The notes below the pieces were generated by a model. It did not search any database, was not told the DNA's origin, and worked only from the letters and a program-made list of their open reading frames with translations. From Monocercomonoides exilis PA203 (Eukaryota; Protista; Preaxostyla), in assembly GCA_001643675.2 (NCBI GenBank), contig LSRY02000065.1, positions 62,001 to 126,000 on the forward strand: a DNA stretch of 64,000 nucleotides. Reading direction: 5' to 3'. This document shows, piece by piece, positions 13,648-26,294 of this stretch; the stretch's first letter is position 1; the number at the start of each line of letters is the position of its first letter. A program made the translations under genes and the position numbers.

Positions 13648-15038
13648 ATGCCAGCATTTAAAAGAAATAGTTGGTTTAAAAAATAAGTGTTTCTTTTATT
13701 TCTTTTGATTTTTCATTTTTTTAAGAGAAATTTTCGCAGTTGGAACAATTCACTGAATCAAAACAGAAACGAATGATCGAAGAAATGAATAAAATGATTG
13801 ATGAAATGAACGAGGATGAAATCAGATCCATTTTCACAAAGGAACTGTTAAATGAAATAGATCAAATGATTGAAGAAAAGACATTGTCATTGGAAAGTGC
13901 GTTTTTGCTGCTAAAGCATGCTGGATATTTGATGACCCTGAAAAACAAGTGGAGTAGTGGTTTTTATAATTCTGAATTGAAAAGAAGATTTGTGAGGATG
14001 ATTTTTGAAGAAGAAAAGAAAAAAAAAAAGAACGAATGGATTTTGATTGATCTTTGCGAATGCTATCTTTTATTGAACACGTGGGCTTCTTCAGAGTTGA
14101 TTTCAACTTGCGTGCCGTGCCTTCTGAAAGCTGCATTGAGGAAAGAGGAGAGCAAAGAAGTCCAGAAAGAAGCGGAAATGGCTTTGTTAGCATTGAGCAG
14201 CATTAGGGATAATGTGTGTGAAATACAATTTCCTTTTTGAAGCCATCAATTTTATTCTTTATTTTTTTAGAAATTTGTCGAACAAGAACTTTATCTGAAT
14301 GATATCATAGAAATCATCGAATATCAGCAGAAACACAGAAATCTAACAAAACTTGCCTATCAATCTGTTTGGAAATTTTTAATTAACCGATCGTTCAGTG
14401 ATGGAAATATGGAGGAAGTGATTTTGAAAGATTTGCATTTTGCGAAAAAGGCTGCAATAGAATTGAATGAATTGACAAGATATGTGGATTGGAAGAGGAA
14501 AGAAGAAGGAAAAGAAGGAAAAGAAACGAAGGAAGAGCGGATAATTGAGAGTTGGCTAAAAATGTTGGGGTCTTTTATCTATTCATGCGAATTGTGGAAT
14601 GAAGAATTTGTGGAGCTTTTTGGCTGCATTGCAGAGATGTTTCGAGCAATGAAGGATGATCATAGAGGAATTAATTATCTTTGCCTTTCCTCATTTAGAT
14701 GTTCAGCGGAAAGCAAACATGCGGATGTTGATATTTTGCTGAAAAGCGGAGCAATAGATTCCTTTTTTGAGGAAATGAAACAATCGATTTTGAATGGTTT
14801 TGTTACAAGTGATTGTTTGTATTTCTTTTTATGTGTTTCAAGAAGATTGAAAGAAAATACTGATGGAAAAATGAAAGAGGCAAAGAGAATGGCAGCCAAA
14901 AGGGAGATGATTGAAAAAATGGAAGAAGAGGGATATGAAGATTACATCATCAGTCTTCATAAAATATTTAACTTTCTAAATGATGAATACTACAATTGTT
15001 TATCATTGAGTATTTCTGATTATTTTGTGAGCGTTTAG
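13648..15038 (+). CDS. Lineage-specific expanded family protein, copy 1 (3 exons)
   Basis: Exons 13648-13669, 13726-14213, 14271-15038 with GT-AG introns in phase. Motifs LIDLCECY, CVPCLLKAA..KEE..EVQKEAEMALLALS, YLNDIIEIIEYQQKHRNLTKLAYQSVW, KMEEEGYED. Start codon uncertain. Confidence 0.75.
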
Positions 15039-15437
15039 TGAAATGAAACTCATTTTGCTATTCAAAAATCATTCTTTTTTTTTTTTTCATTTTCATTTTC
15101 TTTTTAATTATTTTTTCAATTAAATGAAAAAAAATTACAACATTTGAAAAAATTTGACAGATATTTTTTATTCCTTTTCCAAAAAAAAATTTTTTTTTAA
15201 TTTTTTCGATTGTTTTCATCAAGAATCTTCATTGAATAAATTAATACTCTCCATCTTCTTCAATAAAAAAAAATTTTTTTTGTGATTGATTGATTGATTA
15301 TTGTTTCAGAAAAATGGTATTCATGAAAAAGTTAATCTGTTTTTCTCGAAAATAACTTAAATGAGGATAAATGAAGTGTTCAAACTCGGATGATGTGGGA
15401 AAAACGAAAAAATGAAATGAACAAAAAACTCAATGAA

Positions 15438-16855
15438 TTAGATAAATACATAATAATCTTCAATATCTTCGGTCAAAAAACGCGAATAAGATTTTCTTTC
15501 ATAAACGCAACGATGGAATCCGATAATCCAATCTTGGTATCCTTCTTCCTCCATCTTTTCAAATACTTTTCTTTTCATCTCTTTTCGTTTTGCTTCGTCA
15601 CTCTCATTTTCCATCTTTTCCTTCAATCTTGAGCAAAAATCTCTGAAAAAATACAAATAATCTTCAATTTGTGAGCAATCAAATGAAGACTGGATGATCT
15701 CTTCCAAAGCAACATCAACAGCCCCGCCTTTTAATAAGCCTTCAATTTTCGCATACCTATTTACTACCACACCTCTGAAGGAAGAAATGCATCCCTTACA
15801 AATTTCTCTGTATTTATCCTTTGATGCTCGAAATACCCCCACAATACTCCCAATGATCTCTTCATATTCTTCATTCCACAATGAGCATGATAGAAAAAAT
15901 TTTTCCAACGTTTGGATCCATCTCTTTATTATCCAAACTTCTTTCTCTTCTTTTTTGCCTTTTCCCTCTTCTTTTCTCTTCCAATTCACACTTTTTTCCA
16001 ATTCCTCCAATTCCATTCTTGCCTCTTTCACAAAATGCAGCTCATTCACAATCACTTCCTCAAGACTTTTATCGATGTATAATAGGATCATCAAAAATTG
16101 CCAAGCAGACTGATAGGCAAGCTGTGTGAGGTTATGATGCTCCTGATGATATTGAATGATTTCTGCGATCTCATTCAAATACAATTCTTGTTCTAATGTC
16201 TGTTTTTAAATTGGCATTATTATAAATAGATATTGAAGTCTATTTAAAAAAAGAATCACACACCTCCCACAGTGCAAAACTACTCAAAGCCAATAAAGCT
16301 ATTTCCACATCTTTTTTGGCTTCTTCGTTTTCCTCTTTCTTCAGGGAAACTTTCAAGAGGCAAGGAATGCACAACGAAAGAAAATCATGTGGAAGATAAT
16401 GATCATACATCATAAAGCAACATTCATAAAGATCAATCAGTAGCTTTTCGTTCATTTCTCCTTTTTCCTTTTCATTTTCATCAACAATAATCTGTTCGAT
16501 TCTTATGCAAAGCAAAGATCCATCAAAACAATTGTTGTGCAAGCTCTTCAATGCTTTGCAACGTCCTATGTTCTTCGTCCATGAGGTGGCCTCTTCCATT
16601 GGTAATTTTTGTTCTTCAATCATTTTGTCAATTTCATCATATATTTCCATGTTTAAAATGTTATCCATTTCATCAATATTCATTTCATTGAGTATTTCGA
16701 TCATTTCTTCTATTTTCTGTCTCTGATCATCCTCATCGCAACCTTTCAACTCGGAAAACAATTCTACAAAAAAATGCAAAGTTCGTGACACAATCAAAAA
16801 AATAATTCACAAGAAACATCATTTACAAACTGGTGAACTTTTCAGTGGTGCTCAT
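15438..16855 (-). CDS. Lineage-specific expanded family protein, copy 2 (3 exons), convergent with copy 1
   Basis: Starts MSTTEKFT, then intron, then KLFSELKGCDED. Same motifs and intron positions as copies 1 and 3. An upstream ATG near 16899 is out of frame by one base. Confidence 0.75.
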
Positions 16856-17700
16856 CTCTCGAGCTTCGCAAATATATGGTGTTTAGTTTGAATTTCCATT
16901 TTTATCAAAATAATTCAAAACTCTTGCAATAAGATAAAAGAAATAATAATATTTGAAACCTAAAAACTTCAATTGATGCTAATTCCGTTTTAGCAATCCT
17001 TTTTTAAAAAGATTTTTAGCAAGTTAGAGCAAAGAAAAAACAAAATAAACTCAATTTGAATATGTTGTTATGGCTGTTAAGATCAAATATCCTATTAATT
17101 AGATGGTATTGGAATAAGAAAAATTTATTGAAATAAAAATAATAATTCGAATAAACAGAGTTTATTCCAGATAACACCAGTTTATTCGAATAACCAAAAT
17201 TTATTCCAGAAAGACCGAGTTTATTCCAATTAATCCCTCAACAAAATTTTTTTGATCCTTTTTCTCAATTAGAATGTACTGAATAATCAGAACATTTTTT
17301 GATAAATAGATATTATTAACACATGAATGTTCATTTCCGAAAATTTTTATTTAACAGTTATGGTCTAAAATCGAAAAATGTTAATCTGTTATCCCGAACA
17401 ACAGCATCTGAGATCGAATAAAATTCCATGAAATATTACGAATATGTTAAAATGATGATCACAAAAATGAGGATTAAGCAGATGATATGCAATATTTGAA
17501 GGGTTTTTGTCAATGAAAGAAGAATCATTTACAAAACGAGGAATGTCCGTTCAATCTTTTAATTATTCAATTCACAGATTCACAGGATTGCATAAATATC
17601 AAAATTCAAAGCAGTTCACCGAGAAAAGACTTCCTTTAGGGAAATTTTAAAAATTTCAATCTTTGTTGGAACAGAAAGCTGCAAAAGGGAGAGCGCTTGC

Positions 17701-18429
17701 GTGTTTGAGTGCTCATTCACATCGTGCTCGCTTTCAAATTCAGAAGGTGGGGGTCTATTCTGTTGCTATTTCCCTGCTGCATACAAAATGAGGAGCCTCC
17801 AGTTTATTTCGTGCTCAACAATTGCAAACGGGGGAATATTGCATTTCGCACCATATCAATCAGAATTTCCAAGCAGCAACACGTATTGTTATTTCTTCTT
17901 CTTCCACGATTGCAGTTGCAACGCTTCCACTCCATATGGACATGATGTGTATTTTCGAGATGCTAACAATCTCTTTTCATCGGCTAACCCATTCTACGAA
18001 TCGAACACAACGAATAGTGATGTGAAAAGATTATGCTACAGCGGAAATACTTTTGAGGAAACACAAAAGAAGGATTGGCTGAAGGAGGGAATGAAAGACC
18101 GATATGTTGGGGTGAGTGGAAGTGACGCAAACAATCTGTGCGGGATGAGCGAGGCAGCGCCTTGCAAGACAGTGAGGCATGCAGTGGGGTCGAGTATGGC
18201 GCAGCTGAGCTCTTCGATCACGGTGCTGGGTGGGAGGCATGTGAGTGAAGAGAAGACGATCAGTGTTGGGGAAAAGAAGATTTCTGTTGTTGGGAGAGGG
18301 AAGACGGTGAGTGTGATTGGGACGAATTCGCTTCCTTCAACTTCAACAACACTGTTTAGCGTATCTTCTGGTCAACTGGAGGTGGGGCATGCGGGGATAG
18401 ATCACAACTCTATCAGAAGTCCATCGTAA
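17701..18429 (+). pseudogene. Internal fragment of an adhesin-like/parallel beta-helix family gene (cargo)
   Basis: 242-aa open fragment without a true start: CSFTSC...GGGL, YGHDVYF, KKDWLKEGMKDRYVGVSGSDANNLCGMSEAAPCKTV.HAV. Truncated at both ends. Confidence 0.65.
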
Positions 18430-18789
18430 AATATGTATGCGGTGTCACTCTGGAAACAGCAGAAAACATGCAGCAATCGAGCTCAGCTTTCATGTTCATC
18501 TCCAATCTAACATTTTACTCATTTGTGCATCATTCTATCATCCTCTGCCATCTGTTCAGCCTCGCTCAGATTTCGTGGACAGGACAATATAGACACTTCT
18601 TTCAGCAGCCAAAGATGGAAAATCTTGTTTTACTCAGTCCCCACAGCTTTCTATGTTGTCTTCGAAGTCACACTGTTCCTCCCCAGCCTCCTCACCTTAT
18701 TCTTCTTCATCATCTTCTCTTTCTTCTCTTTCTCCTCCTCCTTCTTCTTCTTCTTTTTCTTCTTCTCCTCCTTCTCCTTTTTCATTATT

Positions 18790-19520
18790 CTCTCATCATC
18801 ACCACCACCAATGCATTCTGCAGCTTCGCTGAATGTGCATTTTGATTTATTTCCTAATCCGCATCAGCATATCCTGACTGTTCCAGCACTTCGTTCAACT
18901 TCCGTGCTCTGTCTGTGCTGAAAGGAGTGAATGAGGTGAATGGACATCGAATGAGAAGTGGCAGTGGAAGAGGGAAGGAGCTTCAAGGCACATTACGTTC
19001 ATCTGCTCGCTTTATGACACCACCAAGAAGCGAAGAGAGAGGAGTTCAAGTTCAAATGAAAGAGGCAAAGAAGGTGCATTTCAGAAGCAAATTGAGCGCA
19101 GAGCAGAAGAAAGGAAGGCAGATGGAAAAGCCAAAGGCGAAGACGAAGACAAAGGAGAAAAACGAGTTTTGCACATCACAAATTGAAACGTTCGATACAA
19201 GACTTGCACATGCAGTAACAGAAAGGAGGAGGAGGGGCAGGAAAAGAGAAGAAGGAGGTGATGAAAATGATAATGAACAACAGCAGAAATTTTCCCCGTT
19301 CGACGGCATACTCAAAACAGAACAGCCTCCTCGATAATTGCTTCCACTTCTTTAACTCGCTTGCTCCACATCCAATTGTTTATCTCTCCTATTCTTGTTG
19401 GAATTCCGTCGAAGCCATTCATGCTGTCATCTCCCTCCACCAACTCCTCTTCGTTCACACACAAGTCCATTTGATCATCCAGCCCAAACTCGGTCTCTTT
19501 ATCGAATCTGCCTCCTTCTT
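18790..19520. repeat. Dispersed ~0.7-kb repeat, copy A (homologous to 57380-58105)
   Basis: Long matching tracts such as GGAAGAGGGAAGGAGCTTCAAGGCACATTACGTTCATCTGCTCGCTTTATGACAC, in the same orientation as copy B. Confidence 0.9.
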
Positions 19521-21088
19521 CAACTTTTTCATCTATTTCGTCTTCTTCGTTGGCGATCTCAAACATCATATTTTTTTGGATGCCTTCGATCTCGAAATGC
19601 AACAGCCAATAGAAGTACAAAGAATCTGCAAAATTTTGGAAAACTGCAGATAACAGACGATCAGGAGAATTCATTCCCTTGGTGCAAATGGAATAACTCA
19701 AAAACAACTGGAACAACATCATCTATAATTTATAGAGTTTCATGTGGAGGGGCGAATAACATGCATAGCCATGTATCTGGAACAATTTCAGCCAAATGAA
19801 GTTCATTTTGCAATTCGATATTGTTTTTGGTTTTTTTTTTCCTAATTGATCATAAATGTGAAGAATAGATTGAAAAATATCACAAAAAAGAATTAACAAA
19901 GATTGTGAAATTATAAATTATAATTTGTAGCAAATTGCAAGTTATTTTGATTGCAATTATTAGTAGCAAATTGAAGAATATTTAATATTATCGTTCATTT
20001 TTCAAAACAATTCAAAATTTGAAGGATCATAAATCATTTTAACAAAATCTTGTTTATTTAATAGTTTTTTCCAAAATATAAGTGAAATTTATTTACGCAT
20101 TAATGCTGTATAAGAAAGTGATTCGAGTTAATTTTTTTGTGTACCACAATAAATTTTCTTTGGTAAAAGTTATTCCGAAAAGCCAGAGTTTATTCCAATT
20201 AATTTTTTTTATTCCAATAAAAATAATTTATTCCGAATAAACTTTGTTTATTTGAATAAGTTTGTATTATTCGAATAAAACCTTTCTATTCTCATTGTAT
20301 CTATTATTTCAGAGCCATTGAGAACTGTGGTATAATTTTTAATTTTGTGAAAAAAACATCGATTTGTTCCATACACTGACTTCTTTCATTAATTGATGTG
20401 TATGACATTTTAATTAATTGAAAATTTTGAGCATGCATCCATTATATTTTTTTGATCGTCAGTTAATAAAAGAATTCAATATTCAAGGAAATAGCTGAAA
20501 TAAACTTTCAAATAATTTGAAAAGTGTCAATATGTTCATGCAGAAACACGAATATGCAGAAAAGACATGTTTAACCATCGTCTGGGAAGCAATTGAAGAT
20601 TTGACTTTATTTGTTTGCAATTTAAGGAAACTTCATGTAATAGAAACTGATATATTAATTGAATATTGAGATTTGATATTTTCATTGAATGAACCAGTCA
20701 CAACCTTTGTCTTTTTTATTGAATCCATTTTCCACGTATTTTCTATTGTTGTTTCTGCATCTTATTTCTGAGAATGTTTATGTTAATTTCTGCTAGCATT
20801 TTCCTTTTCCGAACTTTCCCCAACAGTTGCTTCAAGTTGATTAGGTTTTTTAAATAACAAACATCAAACAAGCAAAACAAACTGTTCTATATCTTTTTAT
20901 TTGTTCAATAGTTAAAAAGTCATTTTGATTGATATTCAAACAAGAAGAAAAAGAAACAAAAAAGTCAAGAGTTCAATTTTTATATCTTCTTTTAAGTTTT
21001 TGTTAATTCATTTAATTGCAATTAAAATCGTGACAAAAATCGAAAAATCAATCAAATGCTTGAAAAAATTTTTATTAATATAATATCG

Positions 21089-22535
21089 GGCAAAAGGGTA
21101 TTATACCGGAACATTCAAAAACCCTTCCAATCTATTAATAACAATTTATAATAAGTAATTATCCTATTTAAACTTGTCAATCTAGTGCGGAAACTCGTTA
21201 ATAAAATTTTTGAAAATTTAAAGATCAAAAAATTTTTCACGATTTTAGGGAATGATCAACATTTTTTCATGGCTGAACCAAATTTGATCTTGAAAGATAG
21301 AACTATTTCATTGAGAAATCGCACATTTTATGATGAAGAGAAAGCATGGAATTGGTATTTCACAGTGCTGCGAGATGGAATTGCACCAGCGTGCAGAATT
21401 CACAAAATGGAAAAAAATTGCAGAATGGAAGAAGGATACAGATATTGGATTTGTCCCAGATGCAGAAAATTCAAAAGTTCCGTTCATGAAGGAACCGTAT
21501 TCGAAAATATGAAAAAGCCCCTTGGAATTACTCTGCTTGTATTACTATATCTCTGGTTGAAAATCCCAATCAAAACTGTTTCAATGTTATTGTCTGTGAA
21601 CAGAAAAACTATATCATATTGGACTAGTGTAATGAGGTGCTGTTACATGCGGATTTGGAACAGAAACCAGCACAAAATCGGAGGAGAGGGGAAGATTGTG
21701 GAGATAGACGAAGCAGTCTGGAGAAGAAGGAAATACCATAAAGGAAAAAAGAAGAAATTGATTTGGATTTTTGGAGGAGTCGAAAGGTTGGAAGGTGGAG
21801 GAGCAGGTGATAGATTTATGATGATAGTACCAGACAGAACCAAAGATACACTGATTCCAATAATTCTTGATCACATCAAATTCGGAACAAAGATTTATTC
21901 TGACGAATGGAAAGCTCACCAATGTTCGACGTCGTTTGGTTATTTACATGAAACAGTCTGCCACAAGCGGGAATTCTTCAATAAAGAGAATAAGGCTTGC
22001 ACAAACACTATTGAAGCGTTATGGAAGCATTCAAGGTCATCTTTTCCTCAATCCGGAATGAGAATAAAATATCTCGCTGATCAGATTGCAATGTTTTTGG
22101 TGAAAAGTTCATTGAAGCTTGAGTTACAAGATGTGATGAAAGAGTTGATTCATTATGAACCTGATGAATTAATTGAAGAGGAAAATGAAATTATTGAAGA
22201 AATAAATGAAGAAGAAATCCCGGATGCAGATGATATTTTTCCTGAAATTGAAGAAGATAACAATTTGGTACCATTAGAAGCAGGAGACGGAGAAGGTTCG
22301 ACAGAACATTGCCCTTCAAAATTATTATATTTACATTTTCATATTATTTTTTCATTTTTTATATATAAAAATTTCATGTCTTAGAATGATTTTTTGAAAT
22401 TTTGAAAATTTTTCATTTCAACACAGAATGATTTCCTCACTCTGATATTTTGTATGAATGAATATTATACGATGATAAATGCTTTTATAATAAAATAAAG
22501 CCAATTCTGATGTACCGGTATAGTACCCATTTGCC
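21089..22535 (+). mobile_element. Merlin DNA transposon with an open transposase ORF
   Basis: Imperfect ~26-bp TIRs GGCAAAAGGGTATTATACCGGAACAT and rc GGCAAATGGGTACTATACCGGTACAT. No TSD seen. Confidence 0.85.
21269..22384 (+). CDS. Merlin/IS1595-family (ISXO2-like) DDE transposase
   Basis: Zn ribbon (CRIH...WICPRC), HTH region, VEIDEA, WIFGGVER, IYSDEWKAH, HETVCH, CTNTIEALW, acidic tail. Uninterrupted frame. Confidence 0.88.
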   Translation: MAEPNLILKDRTISLRNRTFYDEEKAWNWYFTVLRDGIAPACRIHKMEKNCRMEEGYRYWICPRCRKFKSSVHEGTVFENMKKPLGITLLVLLYLWLKIPIKTVSMLLSVNRKTISYWTSVMRCCYMRIWNRNQHKIGGEGKIVEIDEAVWRRRKYHKGKKKKLIWIFGGVERLEGGGAGDRFMMIVPDRTKDTLIPIILDHIKFGTKIYSDEWKAHQCSTSFGYLHETVCHKREFFNKENKACTNTIEALWKHSRSSFPQSGMRIKYLADQIAMFLVKSSLKLELQDVMKELIHYEPDELIEEENEIIEEINEEEIPDADDIFPEIEEDNNLVPLEAGDGEGSTEHCPSKLLYLHFHIIFSFFIYKNFMS

Positions 22536-23559
22536 AAAAATTTTGAAGTGTTTCAAGAAAATACATTTGAATATTATTTAATTAAAAATATACCATTATA
22601 GATACATGATAGACACTAACAAAAAAACGTGTATTCCGACAGGCCTCGCTCAACAAAAAGCAGGCATACCGCACAGCTGTCAAAAGCTTTGAACGACATA
22701 GATTCGGAGGACCCGGAGGGATGCTTAATTCACTTCATCCATCATAGCAAACCTGGTAAATCCTTTCGGGAAGTAATTGAAAGCAATTTCAACAGTGTGA
22801 ACATTAATTCAAATTGTTGTATAATAATAACAAAATAACTTCTTTGTTAATCTGGATTTATTAATGTTTTTGAAATTATAAAACAGCAAAAATAAACAAA
22901 CTTCAAGATAAACTTTCGCAGGTACTTTCTGTTCTGAATAGGCATGAAAGGGTTTCGGTTCTCGGTTACGTGTCAAACATTTTCCCCATGGGAAAACTGG
23001 AGAAGAGTGATTGGAATGTTACAAAAAACGAATTCTATTACTCCCAAAAGCTTGGAAAGATTTTTTAGCAGAAAAAACAGTTCCTTCAAACGAACAAAAA
23101 AAGGATAATTGCTCCAATTTGAAATGTTTGGTTTCTCTATTTTTTCGTTAACGATAGTTTTCTTGCTATTTTCTGTAACCAAATAAAGCAAGCCAATTTA
23201 ATATGGCAGAATCCTGGATGTTGTGCCACAGTTCTTGTAGTTGTGAAAACGGAAGAAAACGATAAAAATGTTTTCTCATTTTCATTTTTCTGAACAATTT
23301 GGAATTTTATAAATATCGTTTTTTTATTCACTGCCTTTGATCAAAAACTCTTTTGTATTAACTATTTCAGCTGTGAAAAATAACCATAGGCACGACAATC
23401 CGAACGAATCCCAGTCTTGCATTATTTCTAACGTGTATGAAAATGATGCGAATCTGAAAAATCAACATGCAGTTGATGTTGATCGAAAAGAAGTCGTCAA
23501 AACTTCCTCTCGATCTAAAAATGAAAAGAAAAATGAAAAGAAAATTATTGAAGATAAAA

Positions 23560-25422
23560 AAAAAGAAACAGTTTTTTCTCCGACAGAGAAAAGACTGATA
23601 GAAAAAACAAAAAAGAATTTATATTTTGAAATGACGAATGAATTGGAAATCAAAATGGCTTATTCTACGTTTTGTAAAAAAAACAAAGAATTTTTAAAAA
23701 GCCAAGAAAAGGACTGATCTTTGTGATATTTGTGAGAGAGGTAATTTTTTAGAGAGGAAAGAAAAAGAATTAATGAAAAAGAATAAGAAATTAAATGATG
23801 AAGAAAAGGAAGAAATAGAATAAATTGAAAACCATAGTAAAATGGCAAAATGCCAGCGTGATTATTTTTATCACGTGAAAAATAATATGAAACAAAATGA
23901 AGTATCCATCATTATGGACTTCAAAGAGAATTGGGCTTTGCCCATTACAAGAAACGAAACTTGTAAAAATTTTTATGAAAAAAAACAAATTTCACACTTG
24001 TGTTTTGTTGTTTTTAAAGTTGACAAATTTTTTAAACTTAAGAAATTTTGTTTTAATTTCTTTTCCGAAATTTTATCTCATGATTTTAGATTTGTGCTGG
24101 AATCATAAAAACAATTATAGAAATTCGATATTTTCAAAGATGTTTCTTCTTTTCATTTCTTTTGAAATAATGGACCCCATTTTAGGAACTCACACATATT
24201 ACACTTTTTATTATCTAATTCGTCTCCAATTTTATGCAATAAAATTTGTTCTTTGTCATTTTTCGCAGAGCACCACGGGAAAAGTGAGTGCGATAGTGAA
24301 TTTGGGAATTTGACTCGTTGTTTTGATAACAATTCAAATGATTATGTTTTATTGACGATTGATGATTTAATAAATTTTTTCAATTCTAATTGCAATTCTA
24401 AATATTGTGAAAATAACTTTATTAATTTAAATATTGATAATATTTCTTTTTCTGATTCTGATACACAGATGATAATGAATGAACAGAACTTTCCAACAAT
24501 AACTCCTGATTTGTCTTTTAATACCAACGGACAAAGAGAAAATGAAACGAAACATATTTTTTTAAAGTTTGTTAAAGCATTTTTTTTTTCAATTTGATCA
24601 ACATTATTTTTTCCATTAAAACAAAATCTTTATTTTAATATTAAATTTGATATATCTTAATAAATCTGAAAGACACGAAATAGAAGCAAATAATGTTTGG
24701 GGTGAATTAATCATCTCTGGATTGAAGAAATTTTTATTTTTCACAAAGAAAAATGGAAAAATATTGGCTTCTCCTCTCAATAGTATTGATTCTCAGAATT
24801 ATATTGAAATAAATTGTAGAGAAAGAAAAAGAAAAACAGAAAAGGAAAGGAAAATTTATTTGGGGAATGGAAAGAACGAAAATTTTTTTAATATTGAAAT
24901 GGATAAGAGTATTGGAAAAAGCGTGAAGAAAACAATAAAGGATAGAATGAATTATTTGAAAGCTTTTAATTATGATTCAACATTATTTAATAACACTTTT
25001 TTTTTCTGATGATTCTTTAATAGGTGAAGATTCAAACTGCTCCATTGAAAGCGAATCAGGTATGTTAGGTATGCAACAAATAAACAGTTCTCCAAAGAAT
25101 TGCTTTATTCATTTTCAAACCATAAATAGTTATTCACATTTAAATTCTTTTAATTTGGATAGCTCTGAAAATCATAATAATTCTTCAAATTTGTCTGATT
25201 TTTTTATTAATTCAAATTCATAAATTATCAGCAACTCCACAATGGAGGAAGATTTCTAAAAATTTATGACATTTTTTTATAAAGTCCATTTTTTGAAGTC
25301 TTGCTTATCCAATGATAACTGTATTTTTCAGTTTGAGGACTAAACTGAATCCTTCCTATTTTTATTCAAATATTATTTGGATAAAAATTTGCAGGCCTTG
25401 TGTCCAGATTCAGTTTCCCAGG
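23560..25422 (+). mobile_element. Sola-like (Sola2-type) DDD transposase relic 1
   Basis: Frameshift-joined motifs KPR.RTDLCDICE, H..MAKCQR, IIMDFKENW, FYEKKQISHLCFVV, .NGPHFRN, SFFAEHHGKSECDSEFG. These parallel Sola2 DFAENY / SDG..QFKN / FFATSHGKGPCDG. The 3' end motif is shared with relic 2. Confidence 0.65.
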
Positions 25423-26027
25423 AGAATTTCAAAAAATGGACTCTATGAAAAAATATGTGTGAATAATTACACATTATACCAAAAACAAATAAACATACAG
25501 CAAAATTTACGATTTTTATTAATTGCTTTTTTATTGATCAATAATTTTTCCTTTCCTTTTTTTTCATTTTCGATTTTTTTTCCTTTTTTTTTTGTATTTG
25601 TTTTTCGGTTTTCTTAATAATTAATTAATTGATTTTTTTCCTTTATTTATTAATTAATTCTATTCATTAGGCGTAACATTATGAGTGGAACAAAAGTCAG
25701 AAAGAGCGAAATACTGTCCCAACTGATATTTCCAAAAAAAAAAAAATTATGAACAAAAGTTTTTTGAAGAATGAAATAACTAAAAGAGTTACTTATTTTT
25801 TTATTCAATGAATTATTTCATATTTAAAATAAGAATCTTTCTTAGTTTCTATTCATTTTTGAAATCATTCTTTTGTTCGACTTTTGATAATTTTTTTCTC
25901 TGTTCAAAACAATTGAATAAAATTGTGAAAAGATTGTGGTTTATAAAGCACTTATCCTTGATGGACACATTTGAAATAAACGAAAGTCAATTTTTCATTA
26001 AGAAATTAATGAAGATTTTTTTAAATT

Positions 26028-26294
26028 GGGGGAAAATATGGTCTTTCAAGCTTTTTATGCAAAAAGAACAAAAAAATTGTTTCACTCATAACTTTTCTTT
26101 GCTTTGTCAGATTTCAAAATTAACAGTATTCTCATATTTATAAACAGAAATCATTGATATTGCAACACAGTGTTTTGTGACAACAAAAATATTTCAATAA
26201 TTGAACCCATTTTCCCGTATTATCTGATCACAAAAAGTTCATCGAAAGTGCATAATTTTTCTATGAAAATGCCTGAAGTCATTTATTTTGTCCC
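26028..26294. mobile_element. MITE family 2 (267 bp), AATT TSD
   Basis: AATT|GGGGGAAAATATG...TATTTTGTCCC|AATT. Homologous to 31378-31647. Confidence 0.7.

Larger units (their letters stand above)
17102..20301. mobile_element. TIR-bounded non-autonomous cargo element (~3.2 kb), putative TA TSD
   Basis: Left end TA|GATGGTATTGGAATAAG and right end CTATTCTCATTGTATC|TA. Both ends carry clusters of TTTATTC(G/C)AATAAA-type subterminal repeats (17110-17235, 20168-20290). The right terminus CTCATTGTATC|TA is identical to that of the pogo-like element at 63910. Confidence 0.6.

Noticed and set aside
17110-17235. Short regularly spaced repeats resembling a CRISPR array
   Set aside because: Units are too short and degenerate, the spacers are tiny, the context is eukaryotic and there are no cas genes. 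Better explained as transposon subterminal repeats.
22987-23005. CATGGGAAAACTGGA as the left TIR of Sola-like relic 1
   Set aside because: Weak match to the right-end motif, no TSD, and it appears to lie in a coding-like frame.
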